From the NCBI GenBank assembly GCA_963702425.1, contig CAVPCQ010000018.1, positions 32,001 to 96,000 of the forward strand: a stretch of 64,000 nt of DNA, read 5' to 3'. The stretch comes from an uncultured Acidobacteriota bacterium. Its GTDB lineage: Bacteria > Acidobacteriota > Polarisedimenticolia > J045. Positions 1 to 10,116 of this stretch are shown one piece after another. Made by a program: the position numbers and the translations under genes. Below the pieces are notes generated by a model. That model had not been told where the DNA came from, did no database searches, and saw only the letters and a list, made by a program, of their open reading frames with translations. Positions within the stretch are counted from its first letter, which is position 1; every line of letters begins with the position of its first letter.

Positions 1-203
1 GCGCCGGTGAGCGGGTCGGGGGCCTGGCCGGCGTGGATCGCGAGAGTGTCGAGGCCCTGCTCCGGCGGGTGGGCGACCGGAGGCTGCGCCTTCTTCGTCG
101 TCATCGGAGGCACTCTCCGGTTGTCACGGGAAGGGAGGAAAGAGGATACGCCCGTTTGGCGACGCGGCGGCCGCGCCGACGGGGGTCAGTGCGCCCGCCC
201 GAG

Positions 204-1193
204 CTAGACCTCGTCCGGAAACGCCACCGCATCGCGCGCCCCGCCGAGCCCCAGCACCAGCGCGACCAGCCGGTCGACGCCGAGCGCGATCCCCGCGCAC
301 GGCGGCATCCCCGCCTCGAGCGCCGCGAGGAACTCCTCGTCGAGCGCCGGCACCTCGCGCCCGGCGGCCCGGCGCGCGGCGCGGTCGGCCTCGTGGCGCC
401 GGCGCTGCTCCGCAGGATCGGTCAGCTCGTCGAAGGCGTTCGCCAGCTCGACGCCCGCCGCGTAGAGCTCGAAGCGCAGCGCGACCGGCCACGCGGCGTC
501 GTCACGCACGCGGGCCAGCGCCGCCTGCGAGGCCGGGAACTCGGACAGGACGGTCATCCGGCCGCGGCCGAGCTGCGGCTCGACGCGCGCGAGGAAGATC
601 CGGAAAAAGAGCTCGTCCCAGCTGTCGTCCGGGGCGGTCGCGACCTCCAGCCGCCGCGCCGCCGCGGCCAGCGCGCCGGCCTCGCGGCGCGCGGCGAGGT
701 CGATTCCGGCCCAGCGGTCGAACGCCTCGCGCACGGTCAGCCGCTCGGGCGGCGCGGTCAGGTCGCAGCCCGGCACCGCCGCCGGGTCGCGCCCTGCCGC
801 GCGCGCCGCCGCCGGCAGGAGCGCCGCGCAGTCGTCGGCCAGCGCGTCGAGACCGGCGTGCGCGCGGTACCACTCGAGCATCGTGAACTCGGTGAGGTGC
901 TGCGCGCCCCGCTCGTCGCCGCGCCAGCAGCGCGCCAGCTCGAAGACCCGCGGCGCGCCCGCCGCGACCAGCCGTTTCAGGTGCAGCTCGGGGCTGGTGA
1001 TCAGCCAGCGGTCCGCGCCCGCCGGCAGCGCGACGAGGTGCGGCTCGAGTCCGGGGCAGACGACACGGGCCGGCGTCTCGGCCTCGAGAAAGCCGCGCTC
1101 GCGGAAGAACGACCGGATCCCCGCCAGGACCTCGGCGCGGGCGGCCAGGACCGGCAGCCGCCGCGCCAGCTCGCGGTGCGCGGGGGTGGGCAC
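204..1193 (-). CDS. epmA: EF-P lysine aminoacylase (EpmA/GenX/PoxA), LysRS-II catalytic-domain paralog
   Basis: Motifs LITSPELHLKRL, HLTEFTMLEWY, RFELY..GVELANAFDEL, GMPPCAGIALGVDRL; no anticodon-binding domain; directly downstream of efp. Confidence 0.93.
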   Translation of the reverse strand: MPTPAHRELARRLPVLAARAEVLAGIRSFFRERGFLEAETPARVVCPGLEPHLVALPAGADRWLITSPELHLKRLVAAGAPRVFELARCWRGDERGAQHLTEFTMLEWYRAHAGLDALADDCAALLPAAARAAGRDPAAVPGCDLTAPPERLTVREAFDRWAGIDLAARREAGALAAAARRLEVATAPDDSWDELFFRIFLARVEPQLGRGRMTVLSEFPASQAALARVRDDAAWPVALRFELYAAGVELANAFDELTDPAEQRRRHEADRAARRAAGREVPALDEEFLAALEAGMPPCAGIALGVDRLVALVLGLGGARDAVAFPDEV

Positions 1194-1203
1194 GCGCCCG
1201 CGC

Positions 1204-1767
1204 CTAGCGCTTGACGCGCTCGACGTACTCGCCGGTGCGAGTGTCGATCCGGATCCGCTCGTCGTTGCCGACGAACATCGGGACCATCACCTTGGCGCCG
1301 GTGGAGAGCACGACCTGCTTCATCGCGTTGGTCTTGGTGTCGCCCTTGACCGCCGGCTCCCCCTCGACGATGTCCAGCTCGACGAAGTTCGGCGGATCGA
1401 CCGAGATCGCCCGGCCGTTGTGCAGCAGGATCCTGACCTCGAGGTTCTCGGTGAGCCACTGTCCGGTCTCGCCGAGCTGGTCGTCGGTCAGTTCGATCTG
1501 CTCGAAGTTGCCGGTGTCCATGAAGTGGTAGGCGCCCATCTCGTGGTACATGAACTGCATCGGGCGCTCTTCCAGGACGCAGGGGTCGATCGTCTCACCG
1601 GACTTCCAGGTGCGCTCGATCGTGCGCCCCGTGGTCATGCTCCGGATGCGGCAGCGGACGAAGGCGTTCCCCTTGCCCGGCTTCACGAACTGGGACTCGA
1701 CGACGATGTACGGCTCGCCCTCGATCTCCAGCTTCGCCCCCTTGCGCAGATCGCTCGTTTCCAGCAC
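1204..1767 (-). CDS. efp: Elongation factor P
   Basis: 187 aa; KPGKG loop with the modifiable Lys; C-terminal IRIDTRTGEYVER. Confidence 0.97.
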   Translation of the reverse strand: MLETSDLRKGAKLEIEGEPYIVVESQFVKPGKGNAFVRCRIRSMTTGRTIERTWKSGETIDPCVLEERPMQFMYHEMGAYHFMDTGNFEQIELTDDQLGETGQWLTENLEVRILLHNGRAISVDPPNFVELDIVEGEPAVKGDTKTNAMKQVVLSTGAKVMVPMFVGNDERIRIDTRTGEYVERVKR

Positions 1768-1912
1768 GACACACCTCGATGACGGAGCCCGGCGGCGGCG
1801 CCGGACGGATCCTCAGGACGATTCGGGGTCCAGAACCGCGGGATTATAGGCCAGCCCGGCGCCGCGGGGCCAAACCGGGCGTGGGGCTGTCGATTCCCGT
1901 ATCTTCTCGGCC

Positions 1913-3034
1913 GTGCCGAACCGCGATCCCCACGAGACCAGTGAAGCCCACGAGGCCCGCACCGGCGAAATCGACGGAGGGATGGCCGCGCCGACGCACC
2001 GCTGGGCCGGGTCCCCCGCCGTTCCCCTGGCCGAGGTCGCGGCGCGGCTCGGGGTGCCGCTCGACCCCGCGGTCCGCGCCGCGATGCGGCGCCTGCCGGC
2101 GCGCTTCCCGCGCCCCTACGTCGAGCTGTTCCGCGACGGTGGGCCGGCCGACCCACTGCGCCGGATCGCCTGGCCCGACCCCGAGGAGACCGCCTTCGAC
2201 GCCGACGCGATCGACGACCCGGTCGGCGAGCAGCCGCTGAAGTCCCATCCGTTCCTGGTCCGGAAGTACCGCGACCGCGCGCTGTTGCTCGTGACGCACC
2301 GTTGCCACTTCTACTGCCGCTTCTGCTTCCGGGCCGGACAGACGGTCGAGCCGCGGCTGGGCGAGATCCTGGACGCGATCCGCTCGCTGCGCGGCGAGAC
2401 CGGGCTGCGCGAGGTGATCCTCTCGGGCGGCGACCCGCTGGTGCTGCCCGACGAGGAGCTGGCGCAGATCCTGCGCGCGCTCGACGCGCTCCCGAACCTG
2501 CGCAACGTGCGGATCCACACCCGCGCGCCGGTCCACGACCCGCCGCGCGTGACCGACCGCCTGGTCGGCCGGCTGATCGCGGCCAGCCCGGTCCCGCTGT
2601 GGGTCGCGGTCCACACCAGCCACCCGCGCGAGCTGTCGGAGGGCTTCTTCCGGGCGGCCCGGACGCTGCAGGGGGGCGGCATCCCGCTGCTGAACCAGAC
2701 CGTCCTGCTGCGTGGAGTGAACGACGACCCGGCGACCCTGGCCGAGCTGTTCGGGGCACTCTACGGCGCGGGGATCAAGCCCTACTACCTGCACCACCCC
2801 GACCGCGTCGCCGGCACCGCGCGTTTCCGCGTGACGATCGAGCGCGGACTCGCGATCCACCGCGCGCTGCGCGGCCGGATCTCCGGCCCCGCGATCCCCG
2901 AGTACGTGCTCGACCTGCCCGACGGCAGCGGGAAGTTCCCGGTCGAGCGGCTGGAGCGCTTGCGGGACGGGCTCTACCGGGCCGATCACGGCGACGGGCG
3001 CGCGTCCCACTACTTCGACATCAAATCAGTCTAA
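1913..3034 (+). CDS. epmB: KamA-family radical SAM lysine 2,3-aminomutase (EpmB-like)
   Basis: CHFYCRFC cluster motif, EVILSGGDPL, RIHTR, LNQTVLLRGVND, YVLDLPDGSGK; divergent from efp. The start may be the ATG near 1982. Confidence 0.85.
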   Translation: MPNRDPHETSEAHEARTGEIDGGMAAPTHRWAGSPAVPLAEVAARLGVPLDPAVRAAMRRLPARFPRPYVELFRDGGPADPLRRIAWPDPEETAFDADAIDDPVGEQPLKSHPFLVRKYRDRALLLVTHRCHFYCRFCFRAGQTVEPRLGEILDAIRSLRGETGLREVILSGGDPLVLPDEELAQILRALDALPNLRNVRIHTRAPVHDPPRVTDRLVGRLIAASPVPLWVAVHTSHPRELSEGFFRAARTLQGGGIPLLNQTVLLRGVNDDPATLAELFGALYGAGIKPYYLHHPDRVAGTARFRVTIERGLAIHRALRGRISGPAIPEYVLDLPDGSGKFPVERLERLRDGLYRADHGDGRASHYFDIKSV

Positions 3035-3142
3035 CTTGCAGTAAGTGATCCCCGTCCCGCCGCAGCTTGCCGAAGCGGGCGATGTCCCTATGATCTCCCG
3101 ACGGACCGAACGGTCCGCCTTTCCTCACAGGAGAACACGAAG

Positions 3143-3727
3143 ATGCGCAAGACCCGAATCCTGCTCACCGCCGCGCTCGTGCTCGCGGCCCTGCCGCTGG
3201 CCTGGGCCGCCGGCTACAAGATCGACGCCGCACACACGACGGTCCTGTTCTCGATCCGCCACATCTTCACCGACGTGCAGGGCAAGTTCCAGAAGTTCGA
3301 CGGGGCGATCCAGTACGACCCGGCGAACGCGGGCGCCTCGACCGTGCAGTTTACGGTCGATGCCAACACCATCGACACCAACAACGAGAAGCGCGACGGG
3401 CACCTGCGCTCGCCCGACTTCTTCGACGTCGCCAAGTTCCCGACGCTGAGCTTCAAGAGCACGAAGGTCACGCCCAAGGGCAAGGAGATGCTCGAGGTGA
3501 CCGGCGACTTCACGATGCACGGCGTGACCAAGTCGATCACCGTGCCGGTGAAGGTCCTCGGCGTGCTGGACTCGAAGGACTTCGGGAAGAAGGCCGGGTT
3601 CTCGACGACCTTCACGATCAACCGCAAGGACTACGGCATGACCTGGAACAAGGTGATGGACGTCGGCGGCGCGCTGCTCGGCGACGACGTCAAGATCGAG
3701 ATCAGCGTCGAGGCCGACGGCGTGTAG
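3143..3727 (+). CDS. YceI-family periplasmic lipid/polyisoprenoid-binding protein
   Basis: Signal peptide; YKIDAAHT, RDGHLRSPDFFDV, INRKDYG motifs; AGGAG RBS. Confidence 0.93.
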   Translation: MRKTRILLTAALVLAALPLAWAAGYKIDAAHTTVLFSIRHIFTDVQGKFQKFDGAIQYDPANAGASTVQFTVDANTIDTNNEKRDGHLRSPDFFDVAKFPTLSFKSTKVTPKGKEMLEVTGDFTMHGVTKSITVPVKVLGVLDSKDFGKKAGFSTTFTINRKDYGMTWNKVMDVGGALLGDDVKIEISVEADGV

Positions 3728-3840
3728 GGGCGGCCCTCTGTGGCCGCCCGTTCGCCGCGGGGCGACTGTAAGGGCCGGCCTCCGTGCCGGCCCGCACCGT
3801 CTCCGGGGCGATTCGGGCCGGCACGGAGGCCGGCCCCTAC
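3724..3840. repeat. GTAG-type REP cluster 1 (three 26-nt palindromic units)
   Basis: GTAGGGGCGGCCCTCTGTGGCCGCCC at 3724, GTAAGGGCCGGCCTCCGTGCCGGCCC at 3768, inverted copy at 3815-3840. Confidence 0.88.
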
Positions 3841-3874
3841 AGTTCCCGAATCCGACACAGCCAGGGAGGAGTCC

Positions 3875-4816
3875 ATGGACGGCGCACTGCGCGCCCTGAT
3901 GGCGGGCCTGATCGATTACGCGGGCCTCTTCCCACCCGCGCGGCTGGCGCTCGACCCCGCGATCCGGCACTACGCCGCGTACCGCGCCGGAGCCGACGCC
4001 TTCATGCTCGGCCGCTTCGTGATCCCGGCCGCGCGCCTCCCGGAACTCGACCCCTTCGCTGCCGAGCTGTTCCCGGCCGACCCCGGGCAGCCCTTCCGTT
4101 TCGCCGCTCTCGGCCGTGGCGGCACCGACCCCGCCGACTTCCTGGTCGGCCTCGACGCCGACCTCGCATCGATGCGCGCCTTCGAGGCCCGCCACCGCGA
4201 GCGCGTCGCGGTCGACGTGATCGAAACCCGCCTGCCGCCCGGCGTGCTCGACGACGCCGACGCGCTCTCCGCCCTGCTCGACGACGCGCTGCCGCGGATC
4301 GGCGCGATCCGCCCCTTCTTCGAGGTCCCGCTGGCCGGCGACTGGCGCCGCGCTCTCGACGTCGCGAGCGACGCGCTCGGCGCGACCGGCGGCGGCGCGG
4401 GCTTCAAGCTGCGCACCGGCGGGCTCGAGGCGGCCGCCTTCCCGTCCTGCGAGCAGGTGGCGGCGGTACTCGTCGCCTGCCGCGAGGCCCAGGTGCCGTT
4501 CAAGGCGACCGCCGGCCTGCACCACCCGCTGCGGCATCGGGACGACGCCTTGCAGGCGACGATGCACGGCTTCCTCAACGTCTTCGGCGGCGGTGTGCTG
4601 GCCTTCCTGCGCGGCCTCACCGAGGCCCAGCTTGCCGGGCTCCTCGAGCAGCAGGGCGCGAGCGCCTTCCGGTTCGAGGACGGTCATTTCCGGGCCGGAG
4701 CCTGGGCCGTCGGCGCCGACGAGATCGCCCGCGCGAGGCGCGAGGCGGTGCTATCGTTCGGCAGCTGCAGCTTCGACGAACCGCGCGCGGATCTCGCCGC
4801 GCTCGGGCTGATGTGA
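3875..4816 (+). CDS. Conserved hypothetical protein upstream of fumarylacetoacetase
   Basis: GGAGG RBS before ATG 3875; conserved-looking blocks [44 protein letters not shown]. Confidence 0.8.
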   Translation: MDGALRALMAGLIDYAGLFPPARLALDPAIRHYAAYRAGADAFMLGRFVIPAARLPELDPFAAELFPADPGQPFRFAALGRGGTDPADFLVGLDADLASMRAFEARHRERVAVDVIETRLPPGVLDDADALSALLDDALPRIGAIRPFFEVPLAGDWRRALDVASDALGATGGGAGFKLRTGGLEAAAFPSCEQVAAVLVACREAQVPFKATAGLHHPLRHRDDALQATMHGFLNVFGGGVLAFLRGLTEAQLAGLLEQQGASAFRFEDGHFRAGAWAVGADEIARARREAVLSFGSCSFDEPRADLAALGLM

Positions 4817-4826
4817 GGTCTCGCCG

Positions 4827-6128
4827 ATGAGTTCCGCCCCGCCCCTCGACGCCACCCACGACGCGAAGCGCCGCTCGTGGGTGCCCGTCCCCGCCGGCTC
4901 GGACTTCCCGATCCAGAACCTCCCCTACGGCATCTTCCGCTGCGGCGGCTCGCCGCCGCGCCTGGGGGTCGCGATCGGCGAGCAGGTGCTCGATCTCGCC
5001 GCGCTCGACGCCGCGGGGATGTTCCGCGGCACCCCGCTCGACGGCAGGCGGCTGTTCGAGCGCGCCTCGCTCAACCCGCTGATCGCGCTGGGCGGCGCGG
5101 CCTGGAGCGCCGCGCGGCAGCGGATCGCCGACTTGCTCGACGCCGCGAACGCGGAGCTGCAGGGGAACGAGCGGCTGCGCGACGCGGCGCTCGTGCCGCG
5201 GGCCGCGGCGACGCTCCTGCTGCCGGTCGAAGTCGGCGACTACACGGACTTCTACTCCTCGCGCGAGCACGCCACGAACGTCGGCGTGATGTTCCGCGGC
5301 AAGGAGAACGCGCTGCTGCCGAACTGGCTGCACCTGCCGGTCGGCTACCATGGGCGCGCCAGCTCGATCGTCGTCTCGGGCACGCCGATCCGGCGCCCGC
5401 GGGGCCAGACGATGCCCGACGGCGCGGCGGCGCCCGTCTTTGGCCCCACACGCCAGCTCGACTTCGAGCTGGAGGTCGGCTTCTTCACCGGGCCGGGGAA
5501 CGCGCTCGGCGAGCCGATCCCGCTCGGGCGGGCGCACGAGCAGATCTTCGGCTTCGTGCTGGTCAACGATTGGAGTGCGCGCGACATCCAGAAGTGGGAG
5601 TACCAGCCGCTCGGGCCGTTCCTGGCCAAGAACTTCGCGACCTCGATCTCGCCCTGGGTCGTGACGCTCGACGCCCTCCTGCCGTTCCGCGTCGAGGGCC
5701 CGCCCCAGGACGACCCCGCCCCGCTCCCGTATCTCGCCGAGCCGGAGCCCTGGTCGTTCGACATCGCGCTCGACGTCTGGCTGAAGACCGCGAAGATGGC
5801 GGAGCCGGCCCGGATCGCGCGCAGCAACCACCGCCACCTCTACTGGAACGTCCGCCAGCAGGTGGCGCACCACACCGTCACCGGCTGCAACCTGCGCCCG
5901 GGCGACCTGATCGCCTCGGGGACGATCAGCGGCCCTTCGAAGGAGTCGCGCGGGAGCCTGCTCGAGCTCTCCTGGCGCGGCACCGAGCCGCTCGCGCTGC
6001 CCTCCGGCGAGACGCGCACCTTCCTCGAGGACGGCGACGAGCTGGCGATCACAGCCGGCGCGGAGCGGGACGGGGTGCGGGTCGGCTTCGGCGAAGTCAC
6101 CGGCACCGTGCTGCCGGCCGCCGAGTGA
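4827..6128 (+). CDS. fahA: Fumarylacetoacetase
   Basis: [63 protein letters not shown]. Confidence 0.95.
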   Translation: MSSAPPLDATHDAKRRSWVPVPAGSDFPIQNLPYGIFRCGGSPPRLGVAIGEQVLDLAALDAAGMFRGTPLDGRRLFERASLNPLIALGGAAWSAARQRIADLLDAANAELQGNERLRDAALVPRAAATLLLPVEVGDYTDFYSSREHATNVGVMFRGKENALLPNWLHLPVGYHGRASSIVVSGTPIRRPRGQTMPDGAAAPVFGPTRQLDFELEVGFFTGPGNALGEPIPLGRAHEQIFGFVLVNDWSARDIQKWEYQPLGPFLAKNFATSISPWVVTLDALLPFRVEGPPQDDPAPLPYLAEPEPWSFDIALDVWLKTAKMAEPARIARSNHRHLYWNVRQQVAHHTVTGCNLRPGDLIASGTISGPSKESRGSLLELSWRGTEPLALPSGETRTFLEDGDELAITAGAERDGVRVGFGEVTGTVLPAAE

Positions 6129-6151
6129 CGGGCGAGAGGAGGATCCCGCCG

Positions 6152-6526
6152 ATGAGCGTTCCGGCGCCCGAGCGGCCGACGGTCGTCGTGATCGAGGACA
6201 ACCTCTTCCTGCGGGCGAAGATCGAGGGCGCGCTGGCCGAGGCGGGCTTCCGGCCGCGCTGCGTCACCGCACCCGACCCGCTGCGGGCCGCGCTGGCCGC
6301 GGAGCCGCTGCTCGTGCTGGTCAATCTCGCCGCGCGCGCGCCGTGGGAGACGCTCGTCGCGCTGGTGCGCGAGCAGGGCGCGGTGCCGGTCGTCGGCTAC
6401 GGCCCGCACACCGACGAGGCGCTCCTCGCGCGCGGCCGCGCCGCGGGCTGCAGCGAGGTCGTTCCCAACGGACTGGTCGCTGGAAACCCCGGCGCCGTCG
6501 TGGTGCGCCATGGCCGCAGCCGCTGA
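6152..6526 (+). CDS. Stand-alone receiver-like (CheY-fold) protein
   Basis: C-terminal part of ORF 4877..6526 with GAGGAGG RBS before ATG 6152; VVVIEDNLF..LVLVNL..VVGYGPH. Confidence 0.7.
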   Translation: MSVPAPERPTVVVIEDNLFLRAKIEGALAEAGFRPRCVTAPDPLRAALAAEPLLVLVNLAARAPWETLVALVREQGAVPVVGYGPHTDEALLARGRAAGCSEVVPNGLVAGNPGAVVVRHGRSR

Positions 6527-6905
6527 GCCGGGGCTCCCGCTGCGGGTGCGGCAGGGGATCGAGCTGTTCAACCGCGGCGATTTCTTCGAGTGCCACGAGG
6601 TGCTGGAGCTGGAGTGGAAGGCCGACGCCGCACCGCACCGCGTGCTCTACCAGGGGATGCTGCAGGCCGCCGTCACGCTGCACCACGTGCGGCGCGGCAA
6701 CTGGCAGGGGGCGACGATCATGCTGCGCCGCGCCCTCGCGCACCTCGAGCCGTTCGCGCCGAGCTGGCGCGGGATCGACGTGGCGGGGCTGCTCAACGAC
6801 ATGCGCGGCTGGCAGCGGCAGCTCGAAGTCGCCGGCCCGGACGGCCTCGAGGGACTCCGCTCGCTTCCGCTGCCGCGGATCCGGGTCAGCCCTGCAGCAT
6901 CTTGA
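6510..6905 (+). CDS. DUF309 domain protein
   Basis: GIELFNRGDFFECHEVLELEW and YQGMLQAAV..HH..RGN motifs. Confidence 0.88.
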   Translation: MAAAAEPGLPLRVRQGIELFNRGDFFECHEVLELEWKADAAPHRVLYQGMLQAAVTLHHVRRGNWQGATIMLRRALAHLEPFAPSWRGIDVAGLLNDMRGWQRQLEVAGPDGLEGLRSLPLPRIRVSPAAS

Positions 6906-8280
6906 GCATCACCGCCGAAAGCCCGAGGAAGGTGAAGTAGCCGCTCATATCCGTGCAGGCGGTGACGAACACCCCCGAGGCGACGGCCGGATCGAACCCC
7001 AACCGCTTGAGCAGGATCGGCACCGCCGAGCCCATCAGTCCGGCGACCAGCAGGTTGATCAGGAGTGCGGCCCCGACGATCGCGCCGAGCACCGGGCGAC
7101 CGGACGCCAGCGCGACCCCTCCCGCGATCACCAGGCCGGTGACGGCGCCGAGGCCGAGGCCGATCAGCCCTTCCTTGAAGACCGTCCGTCCCGTGCGGCC
7201 GACCTCGCCCAGCGCCAGGCCGCGCACGATCACCGCCAGCGTCTGCGTCGCGCCGTTGCCGCCGACCCCGGCGACGATCGGTCCGAGCGCGGCGAGCAGC
7301 GGCAGCGCCTCGATCGTGCCCTGGAAGCGGGAGATGATCAGCGCCGCCACCGAGGCCGTGCCGAGGTTGACGAGCAGCCACGGCGCCCGCAGCCGGAGCG
7401 AGCGGCGCGCCGGCGTCTCGGCGGACTCCTCGGGGGAGACACCCGACAGTCCCAGCAGCTCGCGCCCCGCTTCCTCCTCGACGATGTCGATGATGTCGTC
7501 GACGGTGACGATCCCGACCAACTTCTCGTCCTCGTCCACGATCGGCACCGCGAGCAGGCCGTACTCCGAGATCAACTCCGCGACCTCCTCCTGCGGCGTC
7601 TCGGTCGTGGCGCGGATCGCGTCCGGCACCATCACCGACGACAGTTTCTCGGAGGGGGGCCGGATCAGCAGTTGGCGCATGCTGACCACCCCGACCAGCC
7701 GCTCCTCGGCGTCCACGACGTAGAGGTAGAGCACCGTCTCGGCGTCTTCGGCTCGCTTGTGCAGCGCCGCCACGGCCTCGGCGATCGTCATCTCCTGGTG
7801 CAGCGAGAAGAACTCGGTCGTCATCAGCCGGCCGGCGGTGCGCTCCTCGTGCTCGAGCAGCGCGCGCACGTCCTCCCCGGCTTCTTTCTCCATCCGCGAC
7901 AGGACCTCGGCAGCCAGCGGCTCGGGCAGGAGCGAGGCCAGCAGCGTCGCGTCGTCGGCCTGCATCTCGGACAGCAGGCGGGCGATCGCGTCGGGTGGCT
8001 GGCCGTCCAGGAGCGCGACCGCATCGGGACCGTCCATCTCGGTCAGGATCGACGCGACCCGCGCCGGCCCCGACTCCTGGATCAGCGTCTCGAGCAGGCG
8101 CGCCCCCTCGGCCGGCGTCAGCGAGGAGAACAGATGAGCAGCGTCCACCGGATGGATGCGCGCGAACATGTTGGCGACGTTGCCGCGCGCGCCGCGGTGC
8201 AGCAGGCGCCGCACCGTGCCGAGCTGGTAACGGCTGCCGGGTGCGGGGCGCGGCTGCGAATCGTTGGCCGGGGGTTTCAT
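6886..8280 (-). CDS. mgtE: Magnesium transporter MgtE
   Basis: N-domain, paired CBS domains (AGRLMTTEF, LVGIVTVDD), TM region with GGNGATQT and DPAVASGVFVTACTD. Confidence 0.95.
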   Translation of the reverse strand: MKPPANDSQPRPAPGSRYQLGTVRRLLHRGARGNVANMFARIHPVDAAHLFSSLTPAEGARLLETLIQESGPARVASILTEMDGPDAVALLDGQPPDAIARLLSEMQADDATLLASLLPEPLAAEVLSRMEKEAGEDVRALLEHEERTAGRLMTTEFFSLHQEMTIAEAVAALHKRAEDAETVLYLYVVDAEERLVGVVSMRQLLIRPPSEKLSSVMVPDAIRATTETPQEEVAELISEYGLLAVPIVDEDEKLVGIVTVDDIIDIVEEEAGRELLGLSGVSPEESAETPARRSLRLRAPWLLVNLGTASVAALIISRFQGTIEALPLLAALGPIVAGVGGNGATQTLAVIVRGLALGEVGRTGRTVFKEGLIGLGLGAVTGLVIAGGVALASGRPVLGAIVGAALLINLLVAGLMGSAVPILLKRLGFDPAVASGVFVTACTDMSGYFTFLGLSAVMLKMLQG

Positions 8281-8370
8281 GGGCCGGTCTCCGGGACGGA
8301 GGAGCTGGGCGGCGATGGTAGCCTAAGCCGGTGCTGAGGCGGACCCGGAGACGGTGGCGAGGAGAGCGGC

Positions 8371-8976
8371 ATGACGACGACGAAACGGGTTTCCCTGGTT
8401 GCCGGTGTGCTCGGTGCGCTGCTCGCCGCGTGGGCGGTCTCAGCCGGCTCCGAGGCGCCTCCGGCCGAGCTCGAGCGGGCTCGCGAGGCCGCCCGGCAGC
8501 TCAAGGGCGAGCTGATGAAGAACCTCACCGCGGCGCTGGCCGAAGGGGGCGCGGCGCAGGGGGTGCGGGTCTGCGCCGAGATCGCGCCGGGAATCGCCGC
8601 CGGCCTCTCGAAGGACGGGATGACGGTCCGCCGCGTCACGACGCGGCCGCGCAACCCCGCCAACGCGCCCGACGCGTGGGAGAAGGAGCAGCTCGACGCG
8701 CTCGCGGCGGCGCACGCGCGAGGCGAGATGCCGTCGGAGATCGTGGAGGTCTCGGAAGCGGTTCCGGCCGACGCCGGCCGCGCGGCCCATCGCGACCTGC
8801 TCTACCTGTCGCCGCTGACGATCGCGGCGCCGTGCCTGCAGTGCCACGGCGACCCGTCGGGGATCGACCCGGCGGTGAAGGCGGCGCTGGCGGAGAAGTA
8901 CCCGCGGGACCAGGCGACGGGCTACAAGGCCGGAGATCTTCGCGGCGCAGTCTCGGTGCGGATCGCGCTGCCCTGA
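8371..8976 (+). CDS. DUF3365/Tll0287-like periplasmic monoheme c protein
   Basis: Signal peptide; RNPANAPDAWE, CLQCH heme motif, YPRDQATGYKAGDLRGAVSV. Confidence 0.85.
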   Translation: MTTTKRVSLVAGVLGALLAAWAVSAGSEAPPAELERAREAARQLKGELMKNLTAALAEGGAAQGVRVCAEIAPGIAAGLSKDGMTVRRVTTRPRNPANAPDAWEKEQLDALAAAHARGEMPSEIVEVSEAVPADAGRAAHRDLLYLSPLTIAAPCLQCHGDPSGIDPAVKAALAEKYPRDQATGYKAGDLRGAVSVRIALP

Positions 8977-9106
8977 CCGGAGCTGCCCGGGAAGCGAACT
9001 CCGCACCCCCCACGCCCGACGGTCGCTCCCGGCACGGCGAGTTGGGGAGGCGCGCAGGGCCGGATCTTCGCTGGTGGGGTAGGATGCCGCCCGCGAGGAC
9101 CGTCGA

Positions 9107-9832
9107 ATGTGGCTCTACTCGGTGTTGTCTACCGCCCCCCGGCTCGTCTGGCCGATGATTCGGGCGCGCGCCGAGGGAATCGAGCACGTTCCCGTCGCCG
9201 GTCCCCTGATCGTTGCGACGAACCACTCGTCGTTCATCGATCCGTGGTTCGTCCTCTGCTTCTTCCCGCGCTCGCCTGTCCGGTACCTGGTCACCGCGCG
9301 CTGGTACGAAGGGTCGGCTTTCTGGAAGTGGTTCTTCGACGGGCATTGCTGCATTCCTGCGGCGCTGGAGGATCCCGTCGAGACGATCGGCCGTTCGGTG
9401 GAAGCGCTGCGCCAGGGCGCGACCGTCGGGATCTTCCCGGAGGGGCGCATCTCCCACGACGGCAAGATCCAGCGCGGTCGCGTGGGGATCGGCTGGGCGG
9501 CGGCCCTGACGGGGGTCCCGGTCGTGCCGGCGGCGCTTCACGGCAGCTTCGACGTCCTCCCGCGCGGTCGCCGCTGGCCCCGGCCGGGACGGATCGAGCT
9601 GCGGATCGGTCCGCCGCGGATCTTCCCCGCCCCCGCGTCGATCGACCCAGACCCGGGGATGGTGCGCGACTTCGTCGGCGACGTGATGGAGGATCTCTGC
9701 CGCCTCACGGGGCAGCCGGAGCGGATCGACGCCGTGCGGCCGCGCGTTGCGGTCGATCTCTCGGGGTCGCTTGCGGCGTGGTTCGAACGCCGCGGGCAGG
9801 GCGCGGACGATCGACCGCACCCCACCCGATAA
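9107..9832 (+). CDS. Lysophospholipid acyltransferase (PlsC family)
   Basis: NHSSFID (HX4D), IFPEGRIS, VPVVP motifs. Confidence 0.9.
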   Translation: MWLYSVLSTAPRLVWPMIRARAEGIEHVPVAGPLIVATNHSSFIDPWFVLCFFPRSPVRYLVTARWYEGSAFWKWFFDGHCCIPAALEDPVETIGRSVEALRQGATVGIFPEGRISHDGKIQRGRVGIGWAAALTGVPVVPAALHGSFDVLPRGRRWPRPGRIELRIGPPRIFPAPASIDPDPGMVRDFVGDVMEDLCRLTGQPERIDAVRPRVAVDLSGSLAAWFERRGQGADDRPHPTR

Positions 9833-10116
9833 ACGGCTTGCCGGTCCCGGGGTCGTGACGTACAAGAAGGGCTGGACGCGTTCGCACGCGGGGTGAGGGC
9901 GACCTCCCCGGGGACCGCGTGGCCGCCGAAGGACCGGTGCCACAGCTCGCCGAGGTTGTTCGCGCTCTCTCCGACCCCACCAGGGGAGGCTCCCTCCTGC
10001 GTCCCGCGCGCCGGCCGTCGGGGTCGGTCGGCCGCAGAATCCGCCGGGGGAGCCGGGAGACGGTGCACAACTCGTGCTTTCTCGGGGAGCTTGTCCCCGA
10101 GAGCCGGAGGCCCCCG

